From Hydrolagus colliei (lineage: Eukaryota): a stretch of DNA of 64,000 nt. Below, in pieces: positions 23,896 through 38,258 of this stretch (its first letter is position 1; each line of letters begins with the position of its first letter). A program made the translations under genes and the position numbers. The notes below the pieces were generated by a model, which was given only the letters and a program-made list of their open reading frames with translations, made no database searches and had not been told where the DNA came from. The DNA lies in NCBI GenBank assembly GCA_035084275.1, contig CM068756.1, positions 5,642,001 through 5,706,000 on the forward strand, given 5' to 3'.

Positions 23896-26800
23896 TAATG
23901 TAATCATTATTATTGTCCAATGGAACTAAATTCACCATTAGGGTCTTGAGATAACAATGGAAATGGTTGCCATCACAGTACAGGGAGAACACGAAGAACA
24001 GATCCAAAGAACGCCCAGAGCCAGGTAGGACTATGGGACACATTGTCAGTAGAGAATTTCATAAAAAATACTTCACAGCTTTTCAAACACAGCTGTCTGG
24101 AGTGGCATCAGTGATCATATCTGCCTGACTACATTCGAAAATCCATCATTTTAAGTGACGTGTGGAACAACAAAAAATATCAACAAATACAGCGTCTGTT
24201 TCAATTTATCTCAATTGAGTGTTTTCATTAATATAAATTACTGCACTTGCATGTCTTCTTCCTCTAGCTACATAAACAAGCAAAACAAATATTAATTTTA
24301 TCCACTAATATTAAACCTCTGATATCTGTTGTGATTTGCTGCTTATTTGGGTTTTAATGTGGAGAATTTACACAAGCTATTGTATGTGAAATAATGTGCA
24401 TTGTTATCAATGGAATTATCAGTGGAAATGGAGAAGGTTTGTGGACATTTCTAGGTAAAAAGCACTTCAACAGGCTTGATTGCCTGTGTTTAATGTGCGA
24501 GTATTCCATGTGAAGTAAACATTATTTCAAGTGATAATGGCAGGTGGAGTGCTTATGGGTGGGCTTGATGCACTTCGAGATTCCCATTGAAAATAGTCAG
24601 CACGAGACTCCATTGTGTAAAATATTTCATTGTATCAATACATGTGTCTTCTGATTTAATTTGCTTTTTTTTCCAATAGTCTGCCATACTTTCTCGATCA
24701 ATATATCCCACCGTAATTGTTTTAGAGGAGGTCAAACAATCCTAAATTCTTTTGTTGCAGGGCTGTCATTTCGGAAAGACCTGAACGTAGCTCATGGAGT
24801 AAAAGACCCAACTTAATTGTCCAGAAATGCCTCTGGACAGGAGAGAAAAATGTTACAACATAATCTAATTGGCTGGTTAGTGCAAAGAATTCCAGACGCG
24901 TAGAACACTCTGAGATGCCTATGATAGCTCACCAGCAAACCTGCCCTTCCCTATAAGACTGAAGTATGACTGGATTAACATATTACTTTTGTTGGGGGTA
25001 AACGACTCTGGGCCTAGAATTTTAGAGCTTGTAAAGTTGGTTTCGGACATCATCAAAAATGTGTATTAGATTCGGTGATATGTAAGATATAGAAAACCTT
25101 ATTTTTCTGCGGAGCTACAAATAGTAGGTGTCGAAACAGAAATTGCAATATTACCTATCACAGAGTATTAAGGAAAGGGGTTATTGTATTTATACTCAAC
25201 TGAATTAAGTGAAAAATATCTCTATATTTATTTACAGTACTGTATACACAATATACAATGCTTGATGCAACCTTGGTTGTCTTTCCGAGGCAAAAGCAGC
25301 CTGCGTTCGCATTCCGAACAACACTGCGGAAACACGTTGGGCCTCAGGGGATTCCAGCCACACTGTTAGTACACTATAATGTTTCTGAACTAGATATTCT
25401 GCGACGAGTTAACTTGGTGTTTCTTCTTCGATGTGACTAAATTGGCAATACCATCAAATACAATTCAGAGAAAGCAATCTGGTGATTCAGTTAACCCAAA
25501 AAGTGGCACGGTGACACACTTGGATTGCATTCCAATCCTCAGCACTGATATCCGTCCCCTCGGTGAACACAAATAACCCCCAACAAAAATGTTTTTTTAA
25601 TTATAACGAATATCTTGTAAAAATAAACAAGTCCCAGACTTCAGTTGAATTCATAAAAATGCATGACCAGCTTACCAAGAAACTTTATTGGAATAGAATT
25701 CTGCCTGGATGAGATTTTATATAAAGTGCAAATAAAACTAGTTAACTCACAAATCGCTCAACCGTGGATTACTTAATCATTGCTTTATCTCCTTGCATCT
25801 TTTCCCTCAAAGTGATTCAACTTCTAAAATGTGCAACTGTTTCTCAGTGAAGCTCGAGTCGATTCGATTGATTGACTATATTCGTGCATTGAACAATAAT
25901 AACTGGGGAATATTTTAACGCATCGTTTTCAAAAACCTTTTAAAAAAATGTAGAATATTCACAAGCCATCTACAATTATCGGTGAAAAACAAATCAAATT
26001 CTCTACCTGGAGGAATTCAGCGACTGAAATATGAAAGATGCTTACCTTTATTTCGGAAGCTGTGTGTTTTGGAAAATAGCCAAGAAAATCATTATGTCAA
26101 CTACAAATGCTCAAGTCTCGAAAGAAAAATAAATAAATATATACTATGGTAACTTCTTTCTTTTAAAGAAAGAGAACAGATGTGAAATGCAGCTAGTGTC
26201 TACACAGTAATTTGCAACAGCATAATTCTTTTTTTCAGAATTGGATTAAGTGATGGACTGTGCACCAACGAGGTTTGTGATGCTAACTTACAAAAATCTT
26301 ACAATAGCAAAGAAAATAGGATCAAAGATAATCAAAGTGCTGGCCTAACTTACATTACTGTATTTATCCGGTACATTTTGCACAGAACAAGGAGCTAATA
26401 CCTTCCACCAGAATTACCTATAATCAACCAGTTGTAACATGACTAGTCACTACAAGACATGCCATGATAAAAGTGGTTGGAGTGCAGTTTGAACACTGAT
26501 GTATTAGCAGGGGCTGTAATGGGTCACTCATCTACATAGGATACAGGAACAAAGACCAGCCAAGCATAAGATAATAAGGTGAAAAACAAATGATGAGGGA
26601 CTGGAGATTCAAAGCAATTTACTCCAACTTTTAAGTGTAAACTGTGTGTAATTCTGCTCGTTAAGGTGTGACTTTGAAACGCAAAAGTATGCATTTCTCA
26701 GGTAATAAATGTAGCACAATGTCTAACTCGATATAATCCATGAAACCTAAGCACGTTTTGCATTTAATCATTTGACTCTCTACAAGAAGCACACAGCTTT

Positions 26801-27775
26801 TAAACAGGAGCCTGCTCTGTTGGTAGATTTTGCGGTATAAATAATATTTTCTTTACGAGAACAGAGATGATAGAACAGAGATGAATAAATTAAAAATTTA
26901 CATATTGTATCATTTTATCTGGTTGGGTATAAAAAGATAATTTTTAATAAGGTAAGAAATATACCCTATATCAGTCAGTTCTTACACTGGGGGGCACGTT
27001 TCACTGGTGTATCTCTTGTGAGGAGTTCCAATGATTGTGAAGAAATTATTTGTGCCTTGATTCTTAAAATCTAATTGTCACATTTTTGTGCATTAGCTGA
27101 ACATGTACGTTGTCACCAAACTCCCAAGACCAAATTTCATTTTACTAGCTAGAATCGTTAGAAACAGAACAAAAACAAAGGCTTGCAGCCCTATCTGAGA
27201 CAATTATTTCAGAACTATATATTTTATTAAAGGAATGAATGATGGTATAGTCCTTGTGAGATTGCATTATCAGCAATCCCAGACAGAGGCCAGTGTGTCA
27301 GTAACACTGCTTTTAAATTCACCTGACAGTGCTTTTGTGGCATCAATTTAACATCAGCTTCCTCTCCCTCCCTCCCTCTATCCACTCCCCCCACTCCCCC
27401 AAGTGATGCAGCTCAAAAGTCTTCATGTCAATGCTGAAGTTGGGGGAGGAGGTTAATACAGTTTGCTTTGCTGCTGAATACTATCAGCATTGTGGATCAT
27501 TGATACTAATGGAGAGCTGATACGATGTTGATCTCTCTCTCTGTTTTAAGTCTATTGGATCTCGATATCCAACTTAATTAATATATTTTATCACACAAGA
27601 TGCTCAGTTCCTGAAAAAAATATTCTGGAAGAGGTTAAAATATTTATTTTATTCTAAGAATACCACCAATTTAGACAAGTCTATGTATGGTTCTATATCA
27701 TGTATTTATTTATAATATAGGACAGAAATTTATAATATAGGACAGAAATTTCCAAACACCACATTTTAGTGTTTT

Positions 27776-27870
27776 TAATAATAATAATAATAATCATCTT
27801 TACATTTGATATACAGCTGTTCAGGTTGGGAGGATATCTTAAAGCGCTTCACAGGCTTTACTGTAAAATG
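27776..27870 (-). mobile_element. SINE 3' tail
   Basis: (TAA)n CATCTTTACATTTGATATA..TCTTAAAGCGCTTCACAGG..ACTGTAAAATG. Confidence 0.8.
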
Positions 27871-30040
27871 TAATGAAAAATGTTGATTTGAACATCTTTC
27901 CATTTTGTTGCTTGTTGAAATGTTGAACACGGTCCCCACCCTCCCCCTGATCAACCATTTCATATGTATTATGTATGAACCCACATCTTTTCACTTGTAA
28001 TTTGTAATTAGAGACAATTGCACACAAAGAAATGAATTGGAATAATCAAAAAGCGACAAATATATATTAATAACACAATGTTCTGCACTCCATATCGATT
28101 TAGATTTCATGAATATATTAATTGGAAGAGTTATATTCATGATTTGACAACGCATATAGTAGTTACTTCTGTACTTCTGTTGTGTGTGTATACGATTGAT
28201 GTAGGTTAGGAGGGGACTGAAATCTTGGCTCAGAATTACCCAGTCAGTGGCACAAGAACTTTTGTTTCCAATACTCTATATATTGGTTGGCACCTGTGCT
28301 GTTACAAATCTGCTTGCCTCACAAAGCAGCTTCACTCTGTGTGACAAAAGCACTTCCAGCAACCTACTTTCACATTTTCCCTTACAGTCAATTAAGGGGC
28401 AAATAAATCAGCTCAAAATACATAAAATTTTCCCTATTTGGAGTGATATGCAGGTAAATGCAAGTTGCTGGTATAAAATTGAAGGGTCATTTGTGTACTC
28501 TTCAAATTTTAGAATAATGGGCAAAATTTGGGAGTATTTCTTAACGTGTTTCTTATGTTAATTGAGGCAAGTAATGTATTACAGAATAGCACAAATTGTT
28601 TCCCAGATTTCTAATCCAGCCGTCACTGATGGGGTGGAAGTCTGGCCTCCCTGCTAGTTGTGAGGCAAGCAAGTTAAACCAGTTTAAACAATCCAGGTAC
28701 CGAAAAGTGTGAAGCCACAGCATAAAAATCCCCAAATTCAGCACAAATTGCCAATCTGATCCACAAAGCTGTAACAGATTTCTGCAGCAAGCCTTCACAT
28801 TTTCTATGCTCCTAAAATACTTTAACCTGCACTTTGTACATGATATCCTGATATGAACAAGCAACCTCCCTCAGAAACATCCAAATAAATCTAGCACACC
28901 CAACTGGGAGCAATTTTCATTTAGAAACGACTTTGTAGCTCGGTCATACTTCACAATACAAACAAAGAACTCAACAGTGAGGTTTATCATAAGCTAGACT
29001 TGTGTAATACTGATTCATAGGATTTCTTAAGGAATGTTATCCTAAAGGTGTTCTACCCTTACTAATCGATCAGTGAAGTGAAAATTGCTTCCTTACTTAA
29101 CCTTTTACACTTTTAATATTTAACCTCCTGTTAGGAGGTGATAGTATTTGATTTCCTCCGCCGTTCTGTGTCATTTTACACATTTGAATTTCCCTACCTT
29201 CAGGCTGATACATTTGAGTGCAGAAATTGATCAGTCTCGGATTCAACTAGAACTAATTGCATTTTTAGTGTAAAATCACATTCATTGGAAAGAAACAACC
29301 AATTTACTTGGAGAAAAAAATACCAACTTACTTTTATGACTATGCTGAAACGAGTTCAGTTACCAGTCTACATGTGTATGTATGGGAGTGGGGTGTGTGG
29401 TTGGCGGGGGGTGAGAAATCACCTCCTCAGTTTAGATCTCCTAATCAACCGTTTTCACATCATTGAAGCAATTAGACTATGGAATTTACATGATAGATTT
29501 ATGATTATTCATTGGTTCATTCTGCTTTTAAGAGGCCATTAAACATTCAAGTGCAACAATAGTGGAAAGAATTTTCGAAAGAAATTCAGGAAAAACAAGT
29601 GGATATGTGGATTGCCAAATATTCTGAAACAGTGGGTAATTTTGTGGTTAGAGTAGGACAAAGCTTACATCTGAGCAGCGTGTTCAACCACACAGTATCT
29701 CTGCAGTGCTCCTCCTCCCACTAACCTGCTGCATCAGGTCAGCACTTGGCTAGACTGTATTGTCAGTTGAGCACCAAAATTCAGCTGAATACAGACTGCA
29801 CATTTGCCAGGGATGAAATACACCCAAATCAAAATTGCAGTTCTCCACTATCAAGGGACTGTGCAGATCACTTGTCTGTGAGACAATGTAAGCTAATGAT
29901 TAAACCATAAATTAAAACAAAAATGGCAAAAATGAATCTGTGTCTTTCTGAAGTTAATTCCGTGTTGATTGGGGAATTGGATGTTGGAAGTGCAAAATGA
30001 TTTAGCATTTCAAAGGATAGGATTACGTTTGGAGAATGAC

Positions 30041-30314
30041 ATAATAATAATAATCCTTACATTTGATGTAGCGCTTTTCACATCTTCCAAGCATCTCAAA
30101 GCGGTTCACACAATATGCTATAAAGTGAATTGACTGTATACTTGTAGGTGAAACCCAGCAGTCAATTGCGCACAGCAGTGTCCCACAAACAGTCGTGGAT
30201 TGAAATGACCAATTTTTTTTGAGGGAACGTGCCCAAGGTGTCATCCCTCCTGGTATTGAACCCAGGTCTCTTGCTTGCAAGGCGAGTTCTCTAATCCCTG
30301 AGCTACAGGACTCC
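30041..30314 (-). mobile_element. tRNA-headed SINE, internally shortened
   Basis: Minus strand starts GGAGTCCTGTAGCTCAGGGATTAGAGAACTCGCCTTGCAAGCAAGAGACCTGGGTTCAATACC (A box, B box GGTTCAATAC), then ACCTTGGGCACG and the common tail ending in (TTA)n. Confidence 0.92.
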
Positions 30315-30849
30315 ATGCCTCGATCTCTCATGGAATCCTGTTTCCAAAACAGGATTGAAATTGGTTGTATGCTTTGAAGTAATTATTGCCAATGTTAGTT
30401 CCAAAAAGTAATTCAGGCCAGGTTATGTTAGGCAATTGGAACCATCCAGCGCGAAAGTAGCACGTTTTGTGCAGACACATGCCGGCACACTAACAATCCT
30501 GTATCCTACCCTGCAATTCTGCTAATGAACTGAAAGCACCACCAAACAATACAAATACAAACACAGAACTCGCATTCTCAGTCATCAGCCATTCACACGT
30601 TAGTAATGGTGAGGATGTGCTAGTCACAACAAAACGCTGTGCATCCCACTAGACCCCTGCAAAACAACAAGCAAACTGCACAGCTGCGATTCACGCCACT
30701 GAGCTGTTGATCTACTGCTGTGCCAAATAGTCAACTTCTTCCAAATAAATCCACTTAAAATAGTTAACTTGGCATTAACTGGATTAGCAAACAATTAGAA
30801 GAACTGTGTTCTGAGTGGTAGGGAACTGCAGGAAGTAAAAGAAGTACAG

Positions 30850-31640
30850 GAGATAGGATCAATGGTTACCGAAAAATGTACAGACTTGACTGGTAGAGCC
30901 AGGGGCATTGTTTAAGGTTTTTGAGGACAGTGCATTGGTTGCCTAAGGGGATTGACAGGCAGTGGCATCTATGGAAAATCACCAGTTGAAAAGGAATCTT
31001 GTCATGAGAATAGAGAATCTAGTGACATGATCTTATAAAAACAGGTATATGGTGCCCTGATCCAGATTGAGAATCACCTAATTTAATGAATTAATTCCCA
31101 TAGATGTTTGGCTTGGGTTTGTTATGAAGGAGTGAGGTGCAACACAAACATGTGGTAAACCTTGCTAAGAATGTGCAAGCCTCCAGCTGTAGTGTCTACT
31201 TGGCCAGTCAACCAAATCTGCTCTGCAGGTTAGATCCAGGTGAGGAGCATGGAGTCATGTGGTATTTATGATCTGTAGGGCTGGAAATTGGAGTGATGAC
31301 CAGAGTATAATGCCCTTCCAGAATATGATAAAGAGTTCATAGGCCTGAGAAGCTGTTCCACAAGGACTACCATCATAACATTTCTAGCACCTGGTGAGCA
31401 GCTTTCATATTACGCAGCAGAAACTCCTCTGTCGCCTGCAGGTCTGATAGTACCTCTAAGTCCATGCCATAATCCCACAAGCTATCCCAACGCAGAGTAC
31501 CCCACAGAGAAATCTCCTCAATGATGTCCAGCATACTAGAGAATGAGAAAAGGCCCACCTGTGCCTAGGAGGGAGACTGGAGCCACCCACTATTATAAAA
31601 AGATTGGAGATTGTCCCTGTGTCCACTCCGCATGTTCTGT
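30850..31640 (-). mobile_element. Possible decayed L2 endonuclease and linker region
   Basis: Minus-strand LQIINTT*LHAPHLDLT (cf. Q.V..PTH..GH.LDL) near 31230-31280, with a downstream PWL remnant near 30900. Confidence 0.38.
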
Positions 31641-33869
31641 GCCAGTTCTAATGTACGATATACCTGACTTTCTTTTGGTTCACAATCAGAAAAGGATGCA
31701 ATTTGTTTAAGCATGATAACTGTGCATTCACACAGATGTGTAATTGTATTACAAGCTATGCAAGCAAAAAAAGCTATTGTAGTGATAGGTGCGTGAGTGA
31801 ATTACATTCCACCAAATATCATCCAGTTTAGTAATATACTTTGCTCACACTGTGCCCATCAAACCACAGGATGCATTCAACAACAACAAATTTACTGTGT
31901 TTTAATTGTGCGGCGTTCTATTGAATCCACCTGTACCAAAAATTATTTGACAGCATTTCAATATACATTATTATTAAGGTTATATAAATTATACTTGTGC
32001 TATATAAATTATATACTGTATATACATCCTTTACAAAATATATGAGAATCGCCTACAGTTTTTGAACAGGTTATCCAATAGAGTATCAGTAGAAATTAGC
32101 AGCAGAAAAAACAAATCTTGCCTGGTCTCTGTTCCTCATCAGCCATGCGTGTTTGAAACGCTATTCTAATAGGAACGATTGCCGTGTACAGTAAAAGGTA
32201 GAGTGTGAGATTAGTTCCAAAAAGTTTGTCAGACTTTACGTGGACTTTACTAGCGTCTTCTGATTGGTATGCATCATTTTGTTTCTTTCATTAACGCCCA
32301 GTGTCACTCTGGATGCTAAGATGAACAATAGCAGGAGCCTGGGAAGATCAATACCAGATTGCTGATAGTGCCCATCCATTCCACGAGTAGATTATGTGAT
32401 AAATGGTGTGGTCCATATGTTTTGACATTTGTTGTTCATAGCACCCAGACCAAACCTGCAGTGCTATGGGCTCGTCAGAAGAAGGCGAGACCAAAAAAAA
32501 ACCCCAGAATATTTCCTTTATTGCTATGAAATTGCATCTTCCAGCTTTTCAGCCGAGACGAATAACATTTCATTTATTAAAAAACAGCGTACCAAAAACA
32601 TGTTGAAAATTGCTGTAAGCTTTTATTTCATGGTGTGCGGAATAACAAATGAACACATCTCTTGGTTTTTGTACATTATAATTAAAGAAATGTAACTGTT
32701 AATATGGCTGCTGCAGTTCTAAGCAATTTCATTGTTTGTTTCCTTTCGGCAGTTGAAACAAACAAACAAAAAAAATTTGCTCCACAGTAAGTACCATTGC
32801 TTTTTTGTATACAGTACCAGAAATATTTTATTTAATTGAAAATGAGTACTAAAATATTCCAGCTATATTCTCTTTTTTCAATATTTATTAAACTTACGGT
32901 ATTGAAAAATCAAAGCGTAAATGTTGTTAAATAGCTGTCGTGCCATTTGCAAGAGTGTAATAATACAACCTGATAGTGGTTTAAATAGCTGCATGAAAGG
33001 TTTCGTGTAGAATCTGCCAGTATTTCTTAAAGTACTTTCCAGAAAGAAAAAACCCATACAGGACACAGAAAAAATAAACTGAAAATATTTTCATATCTTA
33101 GAATTTTTTGAGATGCTGTTAGAAACCACTACAGAATAGATGTGAAATACATATTGTATTGTTATTACTGATATTAAAGTGGAATCGCCAAATTGGTGGA
33201 CACACTCTCCAGCATCCTTTTCATAATGTGTAGTGTTACCCTAGTACAGTACATGATTTGTGCTTCAATTAGACCCACAGTGCCCCAGAGTTGTGGTAAA
33301 ATAGTTTATTTTCTGACAAAGAAGCAGCGACTAAAAAAAAATCTTGACTTGTTAATAAATGTTTATTCCCACCAGCATCTGTTATAGAGCAGTGGCTATC
33401 TTGGCACTAGCGCTTTTGGTGTTCTGATCACTGACCAGTCCTGTTTTTGACCATTTCCATCCGTGGTGGATGTCAATGGCATCAGTACACAAAGCACAGA
33501 GCGGTGGGAATGACCTTTGTTGGAAAATTGTGAATATCCTCACAATGGGTCATGCCATTATACATCGCTGTAAGTCAAGCTCTTAGCTGCATGTTTGCAA
33601 AACATAATTTGGTGACAACTAAGTGGTGGCCTGTGTGACGGACAAATTCTATTTAGATTTTAATATATTTATTTGCAGATCTTAATCTTTTGGGGGATTT
33701 TGACATTAACTTAGGTCCTAATACTTTCAGCGACACTTTTCCATTCCCCTTCAGGCCTTCACACCTTGTACTGTTCAAAGAAACGTGGGATTTTTCTTCC
33801 CTTAAATAAGAAGGATCTTCCTCATTTAAATTCACCCCAATTCCAAAATAATTGGCTATTTAGTCAGCC

Positions 33870-33995
33870 AATTGTTGTTTGTAGGATGTTGCTGTGCAAA
33901 TAGCTGCCATGTTTGGTTAGATCATAGCACTTACTTCATTTCTAATTATTCTCACTCTGCAAAGCTCTACACAGTTGCAAGTTGTTGTTGTTGTT
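33870..33995 (+). mobile_element. DeuSINE-type 3' fragment
   Basis: TTGTTTGTAGGATGTTGCTGTGCAAATAGCTGCCATGTTT...TGCAAG(TTG)n. Confidence 0.65.
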
Positions 33996-34399
33996 CTGGA
34001 TGGTGAGGCATTTAGATGTCAGCAGGTGAAAAACTAATCTGATACCAGTTTGCCCCATAGTAAGAGTGGAATATCAAATATCAATACTTATCCAAAGATG
34101 ACAAAGTCTGAAAAGAGTAGGCATAAGGCATCTAGAAACATCATCATAAATCTACTCAAATTCTTTGGTGTAGTTTGGATGAATATTCTGAATTTCCTGC
34201 TCGACTACCTTTGAGCATCAGAGAGTCTCTTTGGAGATCATTCCTGCAGGAGATAGAGTGTGCGTTGAAATCAATTTGACTGTAGGTTTTCCAAACCCTG
34301 TGGAAGGAATGGGCTGCATGGAGTAAATGACCTTGTTTTGTTCTGAGCATAATTTGGATCCCGAATAAAGAACCGATGTATAAAACTCGTTTTAGAGGA

Positions 34400-34665
34400 C
34401 TCCCCAATGACTCAACATAACTTCAGCTGCATTCCAGGGTGAATGTTATGGAGAAGGAATGAAGGGGTGAGATATTAGCTCTGCTCCTGACACTATCCAC
34501 TGCCGTTACGTGGATGTGTTGAGGGATATTAGAGGCCTGGTCTGTAGTTCCACCTCACCAAGCTAAAATAGGTAAATAGCCTGCCGATATTCGCTGTCCA
34601 GGATCGCGCAGGTACTGGAGAATAGATGTACCATTGAACTTTATCCTCTTTTAGGAGATGAATGT
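34400..34665 (+). mobile_element. Decayed copy of the chondrichthyan tRNA-derived repeat
   Basis: CTGCTCCTGACACTATCCA..AATAGCCTGCCGATATTCGCTGTCCAGG..AGGTACTGGAG; shares the CTG(A/C)TCCTGA..CT(A/C)TCCA block with 37060-37290. Confidence 0.5.
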
Positions 34666-37059
34666 ATTCTACCATAATGCAAATGCCCCAATTGAAATAA
34701 TGACCACTTACTGCTGTGTTTGATGAATATTTAAAAACGCTGAGTGTGTGGGATATGCTTTATGTGTATTCTTGAAAGGTCAGGTGATATTTTTGCATGC
34801 TATATTCACTTATTATCAATATTAGATATTCCAAGTATTCAAATTCCCGGATCCTGCAGTAATCACACCTCTGAAGACATGGGCCAAAATGTTGCCACAA
34901 AATCTGCTTGACACAAAAGTTGTTCATTACAAAAGATTGCATAATGCAGCTTGAGACTTAGACTGCTAGCCCATACACACGGGTAAAAGTTTATTGTCCA
35001 TATTATAATCACACAGCCAGTGCCATTAATCACCAGTGGTTTCTCAATCAAGAAATGGCTTTCTCCTTCTTCAGTATCATTGCTTGCTCTATACTTTTAG
35101 AGAACTGAAATGTCAGAATGAAAAATATAACAATCGTTTGAAAATTCAGCATTGTAAATGTTATGTACACAGCAAAACTGTGCACTGCTGTTGATGATAT
35201 TCAGTGCAGAAATGGTTAAAGCATTGCTGTGGATAAAAGTCTGGTTGTGATTTCTTCCTAAGCTATCTATTGTATTCCAGTTGCAAGTGATGACATTCTG
35301 AGCTGTGCACTATTTTCTGCATCCCATTGGATTCAAATGTATACATAAAGGTGGGATTTTGTGATATCTGTGTTCATTTGATTTATAAAATAATTTTGCT
35401 TTAATTACACCATCAATATCTGCAACTTATTTTTAAATACCTTATGCATTTGTTAGATATGCAAAAATAAAATTTGGGGTCACAACTTTTTTTACAGAAT
35501 CATTTGCAGTTAATTTTACTTTGGGATCCTGAGCTAAATTGCCTATCTTACTTCAAAATGTTTCCACACCAAACAAAACTTGTTGGAGTTGCTTTTCATC
35601 CTCCAGTCAGTCAGTAAAACGTTCAACCAAATTTGGATCTTGGTCTAGCAAATGTTTATATCAGAAAATGTTCCACCTAGGCATGTCCTGTCCAATACAT
35701 TTACACAAATATCATATGCTGTGAAATTCAGCAAATTATATTTAGGCAAACTAACATTATGTTCACAGTTCAAGAATTGTAAAGTCAGAAATTTGATCTA
35801 CTTCCAAATCTACTTGACGTTTTAAAGCATCCAGGATTTTACAAATGTTTAAATATACAAATCACTAAATAATTTTGAAATGAAGCCTTAATCTGAAGCT
35901 GCTTTTCTTTTAAGAATTACAGAAAAACATCTTTGATGTTATGACTAAATTCATAATTTTTGCAAATTTTGGACAGATTCTGCACAAATATAATAAATGG
36001 AATTTTTTTGTCCATAATGTCTTTTTTAATTAACATACAAGGATTATTCAGGATAGACATAGGAAATCTATCTTGTGAAAGGTAGAATCTCATTTTTGTA
36101 GGATTTAAAAATATATACAGTATACTGCATAAAGGAACATTCCTTTGTCTTGTGCTTTGTGTGTACATGTGTGGACAATCTTAATTTACATGAGAAACAT
36201 ATTCTAAGAAATGCAAGCAAGATGGATTTCTAAAGGAGCAATGTTGTGCTGTATATTTGTTTGTGCATTTGGTCAGCTTCACAGATGATGCTCATGTATG
36301 TTTCATCTTATTCTGACCAATTGTGGTCCTGTCAATCAAACTTTGTCAGGAACTTTTTTTGACATGTTTTGTCTCAGTATATGGCTGATATGCTGAATGC
36401 CCCTAAAAATAACAAAGCAACACAAGTAGACAATGTAATCAGTTCTAATTGAATAACTACAATGGGGATAACACAAAATGGTATGTTAATGTGGAATCTG
36501 ATGGTGGAAGTGCTAATCGTGCTTTGCTGGCCTAGAGGTACCACAGATTGGCCTGTCTTACCTGTATAATGTCACAGAATGTCTCAGGTGCCAGGGCTTG
36601 CGTTTGATGTCTGCATGTCTCCTGTCAGATGCAATTGAGAGTAAAACAGAGATGGCATGACCACTGGGCCCAACTAGCTGCAAGGGTCAGCTTTCAAGGA
36701 CAATCAGCGTGCTAGCTATATGGTAGTGATGAGTTGTCAAGTGAGTTTGCTGTAAATGTCCTGTCATTTTAGATGAAGGAGACATTAGGTGGCCCAGGTC
36801 TGACTGGATTACAGTCAATTTGAAGGATTATATTTCTGGGACTGAAATACTCGAGAAACTTAGTCTCAAAACTGTCTTTAGTAAGCAACATTTTCTTTGA
36901 AGCGTTTGCTTTTCGAAAACTTGCTCGCGGATAGTTTAGGATTTAATTTGGAAATAAAACGTATGTGACATCAGCTGAAACTTTCCTCATTACACTTTCA
37001 GTACTGCAGTGGGTTTTAGTCTCACTTGTTGTTGTGTTGCCAGTGAAATTATGCAAATC

Positions 37060-37290
37060 CAAGGACTGTTCTCACCCGAAGTGCACTTTCCGATAAAGAG
37101 GGTGAAGGTAGGGAGTGACTGGAGAGCAATCAGGATCAGAATTGTGGGATGATTCTAACACTCCCAAGCCCAGGGGCCATGAAGTCCAATTGCACTACCA
37201 CGACCATTGCCCCAGCTGTGATCAGCTAACTCAATAACAGACCGGGGATTGAACCTGAGACTTTCTGGCCTGTCGTAGCGGAGAGCCACT
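37060..37290 (-). mobile_element. tRNA-derived interspersed repeat (second SINE family), 5' part
   Basis: Minus strand CAGGCCAGAAAGTCTCAGGTTCAATCCCCGGTCTGTTATTGAGTTAGCTGATCACAGCTGGG..CAATTGGACTTCA..CCCCTGGGCT; clear B box GGTTCAATCC. Confidence 0.7.
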
Positions 37291-38258
37291 TGAGAGAACT
37301 GAAGAAGTTGATCTCGAGGAGAAATCCTGCACTGAGGCCAGAATCCCATAGAGGAGGAGTTCTAGTTTCCCCGAATGAAGGAAAGGAGAGCGAGAGTGAG
37401 AAAGCCTCGGAGAAATACACGCAACTGGATGAAATGAACGAAGCAGATGAAGCAGCAGGCGAAAATGAAATGACATCAAATGGAAAGTTTAAAAATAAAG
37501 AGCAACACACGGAATTAGGAAAGAACACAGAAATGCTGTGAATGATCGGCCACTTAATATGCATATATAAAGAATAGGGGGCGCGCATCCTTTTTGCGTG
37601 GGGTGGGTGTTGGGTTGTCAATGAACCCACAAAATCTGAGTATATGTTAGGAAACAGCAACATTTAACATTCTAGGAAGTGAATGCACTTATCTCCCCCC
37701 CCCCCCACCCCCCTCCACCACCACCAGGCTCTGTACACATTACGAATTACTGATGTAATTACTGATAAAAAAGAAGATTTCAACACATTCTTTGCCAGTT
37801 CCCCGGGAAGTGGGCATGAGGAATTGTACATTAATCATTTGAATGCCATCTTCATGACCAAAAATGTGACATTTCAAATAGACTAATTAGCCTAGTTTAG
37901 CTTGGTTTCTGGAAACTTTGTACTGCAAGAAAGGGTGCTTCTTTGAAATCTATAATTGATATAGCTGAAAAGGATGTAGCATTGTTATCCTAATCTTATG
38001 GTAAAGGTTATCAGGTATGTGACTGGCTACCTACCATTGCCAATAGTTCTCTGTACTATAATTGTCTTTCTGGGACTGACGTTCAGAGAGCGTATCTTTG
38101 ATGTTAAGCAGAGCACACATTAAATGAACAAATTTATAACACATAGTCCTATTCAATAACAATGAGGACAGGAGGGGTGAGAATAATGGCTGGCTTTAGC
38201 TTGGATAAGCAGTACTAAGAAATGTATGCTCAAATTGTGGGATAAGAAGAGATTACTG

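Noticed and set aside
27708-27750. 20-bp tandem duplication (similar short ones at ~11332, 13826, 26858 and 40680)
   Set aside because: Ordinary slippage duplications with only two units; no spacer structure, so not CRISPR-like.
30240-30314. tRNA-Ala(TGC)-like sequence on the minus strand
   Set aside because: It is the SINE head: there is no proper acceptor stem, it continues into the SINE body, and a related head occurs at 38591.
34156-34407. DFNAHS motif in a minus-strand ORF resembling a LINE endonuclease GDFNAH
   Set aside because: A single short motif without convincing flanking motifs.
37226-37663. 145-aa minus-strand ORF
   Set aside because: Ser/Phe-rich antisense of a purine-rich tract that runs into a SINE; no recognisable domain.
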